The notes: generated from the letters alone by a model not told the origin. A DNA stretch of 64,000 nt from Flavobacteriaceae bacterium (GCA_049115635.1 JAGDZT010000002.1:366568-430567), one strand, 5' to 3'; shown: positions 49,125-58,733, counted from the first letter of the stretch. Translations and numbers: made by a program.

Positions 49125-50465
49125 TTATAGTTCTAAACGTTTCTTAATAATTTCCTTCAATTCTTTAATAGATTTATTCCTAGCAATTATTTTCCCAGAT
49201 GCGTCTATTAATAATGTGCTAGGGTATTCGGTGATTCTCAATTTTTCAATCATAGAGTTTTTACCTCTATTTTTACTATTAACAAATAATTGATCCCAGT
49301 TCATTTCATTTTCTTTGGTAAATTTCTTTACTTTTTCAAGATTTCTATCATAAGAGATGCTTATCATTTTAAAGCGTTCGTTTTTGCCAATTTCACGATG
49401 TAAGGTTTTTAGATCTGGTAAAGCTTCTATACAAGGCTGGCACCAAGTGCCCCAGAAATCTAATAAAATTAACTTGTCTTTATAGCTATCAATATTAAGT
49501 AACGTACTATCTAACCTTCTTCCTTTTAAAGATGGAATATATAATCCTTCATTAATTCCTATAGGCTTATTGTTTACCCCTTTATAAGATAAAAACAAGG
49601 AATCTCCAAAAGTTGATATTTTTCTAAACTCAAAATCTTTTCCATTAAAATTGATGATGTCTTTGGTTTTATACGGAATATAATTTTTAGATTCTAAAGG
49701 AAATTTTTCTTCATTTTTAGCCATATATAGCTTTGTCTTTTTATCAGAATACTCTACACCAGTAAATCCATTAGCAATGGCTAAGTTGTATTTTATTCCA
49801 TCTACTTCAATGTTCCCTTTTTTAAATTCTGGAATACTAATGAATAGCGAATATTTTTTTTCTAGCTTGTTTTTACTCATAGAAAAACTCATTCCCATTG
49901 AACCTTTATATGGACTAGGTTTTAATAAGACTTTTCTAGATTCTATTTTTTGACCATGATAGTATTCGAAACTTGCTTCAACCGTGGGTAATTTTTCTAA
50001 GATCTCTTTTTGATTTTCTACGGGTAAAGGAAAATCATAAGTCAATATTTTTTCATTCCTAAAGTCTTCATCATTATCAGTGTCAACGATAATTATTCTT
50101 TGACCTTCATTGATGGTGCCAACAAGAATTAAAATTTCAGTATCTACATAACGAGTTGATAGTTTTGTAGTATCTATTTTATATCGTTTGGCTATTTTGG
50201 CAAAGCTTTTATTTGCTTTCTTATATTTGTAAAACAACGATTGAAATCGCTGTAAAGAGTAAGACCTAACTACATACTCTTTGATAGTTGTTGGAACTCC
50301 TTTATGTTCTATAGAATCTCTACTAGGCATAATTATAGCTTTTCCTGGTAAAAAATTACTATATCCTGTTTCTGATGTCAAAGCTACTTGTATATCTTTT
50401 TGCTCTTCAGAACAAGAAGATATTACAAATAAGATTAGTAGTATAAAAAGAATATTACGTATCAT
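49125..50465 (-). CDS. TlpA-like thiol-disulfide oxidoreductase lipoprotein with long N-terminal extension
   Basis: Lipobox ISSC; C-terminal LDFWGTWCQPC, YPST.LID. Confidence 0.88.
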   Translation of the reverse strand: MIRNILFILLILFVISSCSEEQKDIQVALTSETGYSNFLPGKAIIMPSRDSIEHKGVPTTIKEYVVRSYSLQRFQSLFYKYKKANKSFAKIAKRYKIDTTKLSTRYVDTEILILVGTINEGQRIIIVDTDNDEDFRNEKILTYDFPLPVENQKEILEKLPTVEASFEYYHGQKIESRKVLLKPSPYKGSMGMSFSMSKNKLEKKYSLFISIPEFKKGNIEVDGIKYNLAIANGFTGVEYSDKKTKLYMAKNEEKFPLESKNYIPYKTKDIINFNGKDFEFRKISTFGDSLFLSYKGVNNKPIGINEGLYIPSLKGRRLDSTLLNIDSYKDKLILLDFWGTWCQPCIEALPDLKTLHREIGKNERFKMISISYDRNLEKVKKFTKENEMNWDQLFVNSKNRGKNSMIEKLRITEYPSTLLIDASGKIIARNKSIKELKEIIKKRLEL

Positions 50466-50560
50466 TTTATTAGCAGTGTTTTATATAAATATATGGATGA
50501 AATATGAAGAGGTTAATGGGTGTAGTATCCCAATAAACCTTGGGTTTATTAGGATGTAAA

Positions 50561-50587
50561 AAAAGCCATTTATAAGAAATGGCTTTT
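50561..50587 (-). terminator. Intrinsic terminator after M56 gene
   Basis: aaaagccattt-ataag-aaatggctttt. Confidence 0.8.
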
Positions 50588-50601
50588 ATAATACATACAT
50601 T

Positions 50602-52311
50602 TTAAAGAGCGTTAGAATTTGAGAATGTATTTAAAACTTCGAGATTTTTTTTGATTTCTCTTTTCTTTTTATAATTCTTCGAACTGTTTAATTTCTCTAT
50701 AGTGTTATTATTTGCGTAAGCATTAATTTTTAATAAAGCTTTTTTAGTAGCAGCATTCCCGTATTTTCTGTTTTTTGTGCTGATATCTACTTTTATAAAC
50801 TTATTTTTATCTTTCTGAACTTCGATGTCTTTTACGGTACTCGATTTTTTATAAAAATATTTTTTAGCTTTTTTTGCAGATATTTTCTTGCCATTTAAAT
50901 AGAAAGCAGCTTTATCTTTTTTGAGTTGCTCATAGTCTAGCTTCAAAAATACTTTTGAGCGGTCTTCTTTCTCCTGAATAACTTGTATTCTATCAATCAC
51001 TACTGGAGATTCAATTACTTCTTCAACCTCTTCTAGTTCTTCAACTTCCTCAACTTCTTCTACTTGTGGTACTTCAATAATCTCAATTACTTCTTTTTTT
51101 AAGGGAGGACGAGGTGAGCTTTTTACGAGTTTTACTTTTGCATTGGAATTTTTTCTTCTGATTACTTCAATTTTAGTAGGCTTGGGTGGAACTTTTTTTT
51201 CACGAACTACTTTTGCTTTAGGAGATTTTTTGCCAATCACTACTGGAGGAGGTAAAACATCATTAATATTCTTGACTGCTTTTTTCTGTTTGGCAGACAT
51301 TAAACTATGTAAGTGCCTTAGTCTTTTTAGATCTTTGAATTTGAATGATTGCTTTTTTTCAGCAATTTTTAATAAAGCCTTGTATTCTTTCATCTGAGCG
51401 TCTGTAGCTTTTTTAAGCTCTACAACTTCAATAAGTTTTGTTTTTTTCTCTTTAGTTTGCGCTTCGACACGAGTTGCAAATAAAAATACTAAACCAGCAA
51501 TAAATGGTATTATAGCTAATTTCTTTATTAAGATATTAGTCTTTGAGTTAGGTGTTTTCATCATTAATAATCTTTTTTTTGTGAGTGAATAATTCAAATT
51601 ACTGGCCAAGTAATATTCGTTTTTCCAAGCGGCTTTATTTAAGAGTAAAGATTGATACTTGGAGATATTGTTATGTGATGCAATGACCTTGTCATCAGCT
51701 AAAAATTCATGGTTTAATTGTATGGCTTTCTTTATCATAAAAAATAAAGGATTGAACCAAAAGATAATTTGCAAAAGTTCTATTATTAAAACATCGATAG
51801 TATGTTTTTGCGTAACATGAGCCAATTCATGTGTAAATAGTTCTTCTTCTATTTCTTGGGATTGATATTCGTCTTTATTAATAAAAATATAGTTCCAAAA
51901 TGTATGCGGAAGTATTGCATCTTCTACAGGGATAAAGTTTGCATGCTCGCTTTTTATAACCTCATTGACTTTAATTTTATGAATTATGCTATATAAGTTT
52001 TTTATAAAACGAATTAAAAAAGTTAAAGAAACTAGCATGTAAATAGCAATCAAACCATTTTGAATAGTGAAATAGCGTTCAAATAAACTTAGATTTTCAA
52101 TAGTAATTGATCCTATGTATTCTTTTGAAGAACTTACTGCCTCTAATGCTTCAACGTAAATAATAACACTAGGAGCAACAAAAGAAAAAAGAACGCTTCC
52201 TAATAAATAGAAACGATTGAATCTGTGCATCTTCTCTCTTTCTAATACCAAATGATAAAAAGCGAGTAAAAATGCCAAGCATAAACCAGATTTTAGTAAG
52301 TAGAATGTCAT
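50602..52311 (-). CDS. BlaR1/M56 family peptidase
   Basis: HELAH..Q.HTID, FWFNP, HEFLAD, KKRL.MM; 4-bp overlap with BlaI. Confidence 0.92.
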   Translation of the reverse strand: MTFYLLKSGLCLAFLLAFYHLVLEREKMHRFNRFYLLGSVLFSFVAPSVIIYVEALEAVSSSKEYIGSITIENLSLFERYFTIQNGLIAIYMLVSLTFLIRFIKNLYSIIHKIKVNEVIKSEHANFIPVEDAILPHTFWNYIFINKDEYQSQEIEEELFTHELAHVTQKHTIDVLIIELLQIIFWFNPLFFMIKKAIQLNHEFLADDKVIASHNNISKYQSLLLNKAAWKNEYYLASNLNYSLTKKRLLMMKTPNSKTNILIKKLAIIPFIAGLVFLFATRVEAQTKEKKTKLIEVVELKKATDAQMKEYKALLKIAEKKQSFKFKDLKRLRHLHSLMSAKQKKAVKNINDVLPPPVVIGKKSPKAKVVREKKVPPKPTKIEVIRRKNSNAKVKLVKSSPRPPLKKEVIEIIEVPQVEEVEEVEELEEVEEVIESPVVIDRIQVIQEKEDRSKVFLKLDYEQLKKDKAAFYLNGKKISAKKAKKYFYKKSSTVKDIEVQKDKNKFIKVDISTKNRKYGNAATKKALLKINAYANNNTIEKLNSSKNYKKKREIKKNLEVLNTFSNSNAL

Positions 52312-52682
52312 TTTTTATTCTCTTTGATTTGTTTATCAATAATTTTACGTAGTTCTTCTAATTCAGCATTGGTAAGATCTGTTTCTTTAGTGAAAAAAGA
52401 GGCAAATTGTGAGGCTGAATCATTAAAGAAATTTTTAATTAACCCATTAACATGTCTAGAGAAATAATCTGACTTTTTAACTAAAGGATAGTATTCTCTA
52501 GATTTACCAAGGGTCTTATAATTAATAAAACCTTTCTGTGTCATTCTTTTTAATAAGGTAGCAACAGTCGTGGTTGCTGGTTTTGGCTCTGAAAAATCAT
52601 CCAATAAATCTTTCATAAAAGCTGTATTTCGCTTCCATAAATATTGCATCAGTTGTTCTTCAGATTTAGATAATTGCACCAT
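52308..52682 (-). CDS. BlaI/MecI/CopY family repressor
   Basis: LSKSEEQLMQYLW, TTVATLLKR, REYYPL, FASFF; ATG 52682 preferred. Confidence 0.95.
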   Translation of the reverse strand: MVQLSKSEEQLMQYLWKRNTAFMKDLLDDFSEPKPATTTVATLLKRMTQKGFINYKTLGKSREYYPLVKKSDYFSRHVNGLIKNFFNDSASQFASFFTKETDLTNAELEELRKIIDKQIKENKK

Positions 52683-52695
52683 CTTAATATTTTTT

Positions 52696-52746
52696 ACTCT
52701 ACAAATATAGAACAAAAAACTTTAACTCTACAAGTGTAGAGTTAAA
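52696..52746. promoter_or_regulatory. Two BlaI/CopY-type operators
   Basis: tttaactcTACA-ag-TGTAgagttaaa (52721-52746) and ctcTACA-aa-TATAga (about 52697-52711); TACAnnTGTA is the family motif. Confidence 0.85.
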
Positions 52747-52802
52747 AAATTGTTAATCCCATTTTATTATCTTTGATGTTATCAATAATGATACCCAGAT
52801 TT

Positions 52803-53429
52803 ATGAAAAAAATAGCATTTCTTTTTTTAGTTATAGTAGTAAGCGCTTGTAGTAAAAAAGTATTTAATGAAAAATGGACCACAAAAAAGGCTCCAGAAAC
52901 TTTTAAAGCTCGTTTTGAAACGACACAAGGTAATTTTGACATTGAGGCAAAAAGGGCATGGTCGCCTCAAGGAGTAGATCGTTTATACCAGTTAATTAAG
53001 CGTGGGTTTTATACAGATATGGCTATTTATAGAGTAGTACCTAATTTTGTAGCTCAATTTGGAATTCATAAAGATTCACTGGTAAATAAGGGTTGGAACA
53101 CTATTAAAATTGATGACGAGCCTGTACTCCAAAAAAATGATTCTATGACCATTGCTTTTGCTAGAGGAGGTGTTAAGACAAGGGGGACTCAAATTTTTAT
53201 CAACCTAAAAGAAAATCATCGTTTAGATACATTGGATTATGCAGGCGTAAAAGGATTTCCTGTAATAGCAAAAGTTACTAATGGAATGGAAAACGTATTG
53301 AAATTTTATAATAAATACGGAGATAAATTAGGAAGGAAACAAGGAGAAATTCATAAATCTGGATATTCTTTCTTAAAGAAGAATTACCCTGAAATAGATT
53401 ATATTAAGAAAGCATACTTTATAAAATAA
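52803..53429 (+). CDS. Cyclophilin-type peptidyl-prolyl isomerase, lipoprotein
   Basis: YRVVPNFVAQFG, TQIFINL, LD...F; lipobox VSAC; ATG 52803 preferred. Confidence 0.92.
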   Translation: MKKIAFLFLVIVVSACSKKVFNEKWTTKKAPETFKARFETTQGNFDIEAKRAWSPQGVDRLYQLIKRGFYTDMAIYRVVPNFVAQFGIHKDSLVNKGWNTIKIDDEPVLQKNDSMTIAFARGGVKTRGTQIFINLKENHRLDTLDYAGVKGFPVIAKVTNGMENVLKFYNKYGDKLGRKQGEIHKSGYSFLKKNYPEIDYIKKAYFIK

Positions 53430-53457
53430 AAAAGAGCCGCAAAAGCGGCTCTTTTTT
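53428..53457. terminator. Bidirectional terminator
   Basis: aaaaaagagccgc-aaaa-gcggctctttttt between convergent genes. Confidence 0.9.
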
Positions 53458-54844
53458 ATGTAGACAATTCCGTAAAATATTGATAGAAATACGGAATAGT
53501 TTCAATTCCTTTTAAGTAGTTAAAGATCCCAAAATGCTCATTAGGAGAGTGAATGGCATCACTATCTAAACCGAATCCCATTAAAATAGTTTTACTCTTT
53601 AATTCATCTTCAAATAAAGAAACAATAGGAATACTTCCTCCACTTCTTTGCGGAATAGGTGTTTTTCCAAACGTTTGCTCATAAGCTTTACTGGCAGCTT
53701 TGTATGCAATAGTATCTATGGGTGTAACATACCCTTGCCCGCCATGATGTGGATTTACCTTTACGGTTACAGAAGCGGGTGCAATGGCTTTAAAATGCTT
53801 AGAAAATAATTCTGTGATTTCTTTCCAATCTTGATTTGGAACAAGTCGCATAGATATTTTAGCATAAGCTTTAGAGGCAATGACTGTTTTTGCACCTTCG
53901 CCAATATACCCTCCCCAAATACCGTTCACATCTAAGGTAGGTCTAATAGAGTTTCGCTCATTGGTAGTAAATCCTTTTTCGCCATATACATCGTCTATAT
54001 CTAAGGCTTTTTTGTAGTTTTCTAAAGAGAAAGGCGCTTTTCCCATTTCATCTCGCTCTTCTCTAGAGAGCTCTTCTACCTTATCATAGAAGCCAGGAAT
54101 GGTAATATGATTGTTCTCGTCATGTAAGGAGGCAATCATCTTGGTTAAAATATTAATAGGATTCGCAACTGCTCCACCATATAATCCAGAATGTAAATCT
54201 CTATTCGGTCCCGTAACTTCTACTTCTACATAGCTTAATCCACGTAAACCTGTAGTTATAGATGGAATATCATTGGCAATCATTCCGGTATCAGAAATTA
54301 AAATGACATCATTGGCTAGTTTCTCTTGGTTTCTTTTTACAAACCAGCCTAAGCTTTCTGAGCCTATTTCTTCTTCTCCTTCAATCATAAATTTTACATT
54401 ACAAGGAAGATTTCCTGTAGCCGTCATATACTCTAATGCTTTTACATGCATATACATTTGACCTTTATCATCACAAGCTCCACGGGCAAAAATTGCACCC
54501 TCTGGATGTATATCAGTTTTCTTTATTACAGGCTCAAAAGCTGGAGAATCCCATAGATCTAGAGGGTCTGCTGGTTGTACATCATAATGACCATATACTA
54601 AAACCGTTGGTAATGAGGAGTCAATAATTTTTTCTCCATAGACTATAGGATAGCCTGGTGTTTCGCAAATTTCTACTAAATCGCAACCAGCTTTCTCTAG
54701 GCGTTCTTTAACAGCATTTGCTGTATTTAATACGTCTTGATGATAAGCTGAATCTGCACTTACTGAGGGTATTCTTAATAACTCTATAAGTTCATTAATA
54801 AAGCGATCTTTATGATTTTCGATATAGTTTTTTATGTCTGACAT
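53456..54844 (-). CDS. M20 family dipeptidase
   Basis: YGHYDVQP, RGACDDKGQ, EGEEE, DLHSG, HSPNE. Confidence 0.95.
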   Translation of the reverse strand: MSDIKNYIENHKDRFINELIELLRIPSVSADSAYHQDVLNTANAVKERLEKAGCDLVEICETPGYPIVYGEKIIDSSLPTVLVYGHYDVQPADPLDLWDSPAFEPVIKKTDIHPEGAIFARGACDDKGQMYMHVKALEYMTATGNLPCNVKFMIEGEEEIGSESLGWFVKRNQEKLANDVILISDTGMIANDIPSITTGLRGLSYVEVEVTGPNRDLHSGLYGGAVANPINILTKMIASLHDENNHITIPGFYDKVEELSREERDEMGKAPFSLENYKKALDIDDVYGEKGFTTNERNSIRPTLDVNGIWGGYIGEGAKTVIASKAYAKISMRLVPNQDWKEITELFSKHFKAIAPASVTVKVNPHHGGQGYVTPIDTIAYKAASKAYEQTFGKTPIPQRSGGSIPIVSLFEDELKSKTILMGFGLDSDAIHSPNEHFGIFNYLKGIETIPYFYQYFTELST

Positions 54845-54893
54845 GATTTGTTTTTAAGTCTACTCAAAAATAGTAAAAATCCTAAGAAAGGGC

Positions 54894-54923
54894 TTTGCGA
54901 ATTCAGACGAATGCTTATATTTG
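54894..54923 (+). promoter_or_regulatory. sigma70 promoter of tRNA-Leu
   Basis: TTTG-N18-TATATTTG. Confidence 0.7.
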
Positions 54924-54958
54924 CAGTCCGAAATCATAAAAATTGATTTTGGTTAGTT

Positions 54959-55040
54959 GCAGGCGTGGTGGAATTGGTAGACACGCTAGACTTAGGATCT
55001 AGTGCCGTGAGGTGTGAGAGTTCGAGTCTCTCCGCCTGTA
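54959..55040 (+). tRNA. tRNA-Leu (anticodon UAG)
   Basis: GCAGGCG/CGCCTGT acceptor stem, TGGTAGAC D-loop, ctaga-cttagga-tctag anticodon arm, long variable arm, GTTCGAG T-loop; CCA not encoded. Confidence 0.97.
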
Positions 55041-55046
55041 CAGAGT

Positions 55047-55079
55047 AAAAAAGCTCTTCATTTCTGAAGAGCTTTTTTT
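55047..55079 (+). terminator. Terminator after tRNA-Leu
   Basis: aaaaaagctcttca-tttc-tgaagagctttttt. Confidence 0.9.
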
Positions 55080-55122
55080 GTGGTCAATATTTTGAAGATA
55101 GATAGGAAAGATGAGAAGTTTA

Positions 55123-55143
55123 TCCTGAGCGTAGTCGAAGGGA
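55123..55143. repeat. REP-like element
   Basis: tcctgagcgtagtcgaaggga; same core as 10992-11007; Flavobacteriaceae REP type (from recall). Confidence 0.65.
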
Positions 55144-55160
55144 GTCTCTCCGCCTGTACA
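55142..55160 (+). repeat. 19-bp direct repeat of tRNA-Leu 3' end
   Basis: gagtctctccgcctgtaca identical to 55024-55042. Confidence 0.95.
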
Positions 55161-55163
55161 AAC

Positions 55164-55196
55164 AAAAAAGCTTCTCAAAACTGAGAAGCTTTTTTT
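55164..55196. terminator. Second terminator after the duplicated tRNA end
   Basis: aaaaaagcttctca-aaac-tgagaagctttttt. Confidence 0.9.
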
Positions 55197-55214
55197 ATTA
55201 AATTAGATTCGTCT

Positions 55215-56957
55215 TTAAGAACTTTTCTTAGATGCGATTCCTCCTTTAGCACTATCTACAGTTACCGTAAATTTTGAATTCCCTTTTACAATCCACCGAA
55301 CTTTTACAACATTGTTGCCAGGAATGTTAGCAACCTTAAGTTTAGAAGGGTTTATTTTTTGTTCTTTGGTTACATTAAAATCTTCGTTTGCTACAATCAT
55401 ACCCGCAATTACTTTTATTCCAGAAATACTTATAAAATCTGGTCTAGTAATTTTATATTTTAAATCTTGACTTGCATGAGTAGGCATTAAACGATCATTT
55501 CTAATCACTGCAGTTACTTCTTTTAATCCACCTTTTAACTTTTTTACTTTGATTTCTGCTACAGATAAATGTGGCATGTGGAATGCATGATAAAATGTAA
55601 AAGCCATATTTCTATGCGCCTCTTCTTCTAACATAAAACCTGGAGTAGCTCTTCCAAAGTTTTTCTTAAAACCTCCTATTTCAATTTCTCCATAGGTAGG
55701 ATGATTGAATTTCTTCCAAGGTGTAAAAGCGTCATATAATAATAAGTCCTTATCAAAATCGTAGGATTGATTTCTGTCTCTTTTTTTGTTTTTATAGTAT
55801 GCAAATTGAGCAAAAATCTCATTGGTAAATGTATATACGCCTCTGCTTCCGTAGAACCAATCCAACTCGCCTCCAAACACAGAGTACAAGTCTTTATAGA
55901 CAGTTAAATAACGATAACCCGGAATCATTTTTTCTCCTTTTTTACCAATAGCATCATAGATTCTAATATCTTGTCTATTATAGGTAGAAATGTCTTCTTT
56001 AGCCCCAGGGCCTCTCAAAATCATTCCTCCAGAGTTATGATAACTTTGCGCTCCAGCAATATTAGGATGTTTTAAAACAAAATCTGCAACTGCTCTAGTT
56101 TCTGGTGCCGAGAAAGGATATTTATAAGCACCTCTTTGTATATAATCTGGCTGCCATTTCCATCCCCAATCTCTATTTGGGTCATAATATCCATGAGTAT
56201 CCTCATTGATTCTCCCATCATTATCATTATCAATTCCTTCGCTTCCTAAATATTCATATCGTTGTGCTGTAACAATATCATCTGGTCCTACTTGAATCAT
56301 TCTTCTAGGATCTTTAGGGTCAATTACCATATTTCCATACGGACTTTTACGACGCATTCTAGTAATAGAACCGTCGCCATCTAAATCGTCATATCCATCT
56401 TCATCAAACAAACCATCTCTATCATCATCTAAAGCAATCATACCTGCTCTAGGGCTATGAGGGGTATTCCCTTTTTTCATATAATTATTACGCGCGTCTG
56501 GATTGATTGTTGGGACAATGTAAAAAATACGATCGTTTAACATGTTAGTGACATACTCGTTTTTTCCGTAATTTTCTGTTAAATACCAAGCAGTATAGGT
56601 GCAAATTTCACCTCCTTGGATTTCGTTTGAGTGAATATTTCCATCGACATAAAAACCAGGTTTTCTATCCGCTGTTCCTTTTTTATAATTCGTAATGGCT
56701 AACATCCAAATGTCTCTACCTTCCGTTGATTTTCCAATGGATTGCATTTTAGCTAAATCAGGATAGGCTTGAACAATTTTTCTACCTAATGTAGCAAGAC
56801 CTTCTGAGGTATAATATCTGTTAAAAGCAATTTGAACTTTTGGATTTACTGGAGACCCAGTAGCTTTAAAAATTTCGTCACTTTTTTGTGCGTTGATTGC
56901 TAATGGAAAAATAAACAAAAGCAATAATGATTGGATGGTATATTTATATAGTTTCAT
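55215..56957 (-). CDS. M14 zinc carboxypeptidase, secreted, catalytically intact
   Basis: HSNE, NPD.R, NRDW, YHNSGG, TNE; DxDxDG calcium-type loops. Confidence 0.92.
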   Translation of the reverse strand: MKLYKYTIQSLLLLFIFPLAINAQKSDEIFKATGSPVNPKVQIAFNRYYTSEGLATLGRKIVQAYPDLAKMQSIGKSTEGRDIWMLAITNYKKGTADRKPGFYVDGNIHSNEIQGGEICTYTAWYLTENYGKNEYVTNMLNDRIFYIVPTINPDARNNYMKKGNTPHSPRAGMIALDDDRDGLFDEDGYDDLDGDGSITRMRRKSPYGNMVIDPKDPRRMIQVGPDDIVTAQRYEYLGSEGIDNDNDGRINEDTHGYYDPNRDWGWKWQPDYIQRGAYKYPFSAPETRAVADFVLKHPNIAGAQSYHNSGGMILRGPGAKEDISTYNRQDIRIYDAIGKKGEKMIPGYRYLTVYKDLYSVFGGELDWFYGSRGVYTFTNEIFAQFAYYKNKKRDRNQSYDFDKDLLLYDAFTPWKKFNHPTYGEIEIGGFKKNFGRATPGFMLEEEAHRNMAFTFYHAFHMPHLSVAEIKVKKLKGGLKEVTAVIRNDRLMPTHASQDLKYKITRPDFISISGIKVIAGMIVANEDFNVTKEQKINPSKLKVANIPGNNVVKVRWIVKGNSKFTVTVDSAKGGIASKKSS

Positions 56958-56968
56958 CTTTCTTACGT

Positions 56969-58594
56969 TTATTTTAATTGAATAGTTGTAGTATCTATAC
57001 CGGTATGAGAGGTTCCAGCTTCTAAACTTACGGATCCTTTCCCTTTAATTAGCCAAGAAAATTGTACTGAACTATCTCCATCAATACTATTAACTAACGT
57101 TATTTTCTTTCCAGAAATTAACTCTTGATTTTTATTCAAATTGATGGCGACTTTAATTTTTCTTAACCACCTAGAGCGTTTTCCCATATCTGTATGTGTA
57201 GGTAATAATCCATTGTTATGAATATCGACCGTAATTCTAGTAATCCCATTATCAACAGATTCTGTTTTAACATTCTCTATGACAATATTTGGTTGCATTT
57301 TTGAGAGGGCTACTATAAAATCGGTATGTTTTTTACTAATACCTTCTACCATTCTATATGGAGGGTTATACATGATATAAGGTGAAATTCCACCTACTTC
57401 TACTTTCTGATTAGGGAAATCTGGATGGTTGATTGCTGTCCATGGAACAAAAGCATTATTGATACCTTCTTTATCTGCCCATTGTAAGAAATTAGCATAT
57501 TTATTTTTTGCAGCTTTGGTAATTGAATCTCCTTTAAATTTTGGAGCCCACCAGCCTGGAGTGCTTAAACCTAGTTTTCCAAAATGAAAATACGACCATT
57601 CAAAAAAACTACCTCCTTTTCCGGTATTAACAGGCGCACCTTTTGTTTTGGTAATTTTATTATATTTTCCGGATAAGAATTTATTTAAGCTAGCATCTCC
57701 TTTTAAAATACTTGTGACAACTCTTTTTCTAGCTCCGCTAGGATTAAACTTTAATGGTTTGGATAAATTGTTTTCTGGCCCAAATGTAATGATTGCAAAA
57801 ATGTTCCACTGCTGGTATAAGAAATCAAGTAAGGCCCTGTTTTCTTTTTCTGATACAGCATGCTCACCAGCACCTGGCTTAAAGTATGGATACTTAAAGC
57901 TAAAGTTTTTATTGAATTGAACGCCTCCTTTACCATCTTCATTAAATGCTCCATCTTTGTCATTGTCGATTCCTTCACTCATTACTTTATAAGCCCCTAA
58001 CTGACCTTTATTTTTACTAGCAGGAACAACAATACGTTCATCCTCTTTTAGTTTGATGTAATTTCCAGTTGGATCCTCAATTCGTATTAAAGTAATCAGC
58101 CCATCATTGTTTAAATCCTCAAAAGGATCTTCGTTTATAGTTCCGTCTCTATCATCATCTGTATCACGAGCATTCCCATTTTTGTAATGCTTTAGAGACG
58201 AAAAATAGTTTTCAGTAGCATTTGGGCTCATATTTGGAAAAATATAGAAGGTTGTTGTTTCTAAAATAGCAGCATGATTTTTTACAATATTCTCTGCAAT
58301 AGAGACAGCCATTTCTGGGCCTAAAATATGCTTGCCGTCTACACCACTTACAATGGCAATAGCAGGTTTGTTTTTTGCATCTCCTTTAGATAGTGTTAGC
58401 GACCAAATAGTATGACCCCCAACGGTTTTTGTAAGTGCTCCTAATTTACAAATAGCTGAATTTGAATTTTGTAAATTTTTAAGTCTTTGGGATAATTTAC
58501 TGTAATTACTATAATCGGATTGTGCCGATAGTTGTAATGAAGTAAAACAAATGAGAATCCCAGCTATGAGGGGTATTTGTTTCTTTTTAAACAT
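56969..58594 (-). CDS. M14-fold protein with degenerate active site
   Basis: Same architecture and DDDRDG loops, but DGKH replaces HxxE, NK replaces NR, TFGP at the second His, STPG at the catalytic Glu. Confidence 0.8.
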   Translation of the reverse strand: MFKKKQIPLIAGILICFTSLQLSAQSDYSNYSKLSQRLKNLQNSNSAICKLGALTKTVGGHTIWSLTLSKGDAKNKPAIAIVSGVDGKHILGPEMAVSIAENIVKNHAAILETTTFYIFPNMSPNATENYFSSLKHYKNGNARDTDDDRDGTINEDPFEDLNNDGLITLIRIEDPTGNYIKLKEDERIVVPASKNKGQLGAYKVMSEGIDNDKDGAFNEDGKGGVQFNKNFSFKYPYFKPGAGEHAVSEKENRALLDFLYQQWNIFAIITFGPENNLSKPLKFNPSGARKRVVTSILKGDASLNKFLSGKYNKITKTKGAPVNTGKGGSFFEWSYFHFGKLGLSTPGWWAPKFKGDSITKAAKNKYANFLQWADKEGINNAFVPWTAINHPDFPNQKVEVGGISPYIMYNPPYRMVEGISKKHTDFIVALSKMQPNIVIENVKTESVDNGITRITVDIHNNGLLPTHTDMGKRSRWLRKIKVAINLNKNQELISGKKITLVNSIDGDSSVQFSWLIKGKGSVSLEAGTSHTGIDTTTIQLK

Positions 58595-58733
58595 AATAAC
58601 AAGTGAATTAAGTTGGTTTTAGTCCAATTTTTAAATAGGGATTTGAAGGTAAGGAAACCTTACTGTAAATTAATTGGTGTCTAAAAAATTAAGATTTTTT
58701 TAACAGTTGTTAAAAGCAATTAATTACACTTTT

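Noticed and set aside
50527-50555. Hairpin atcccaataaacc-ttg-ggtttattaggat as a riboswitch or sRNA
   Set aside because: Single stem with no known aptamer features; likely a UTR or auxiliary terminator
51020-51070. Short tandem-like repeats (cttcaac/cttc)
   Set aside because: Simply encode the EEV low-complexity linker of the M56 protein
55043-55141. Intact genomic island or prophage at tRNA-Leu
   Set aside because: Only about 100 bp between the repeats, with no ORF or integrase; kept only as a scar finding
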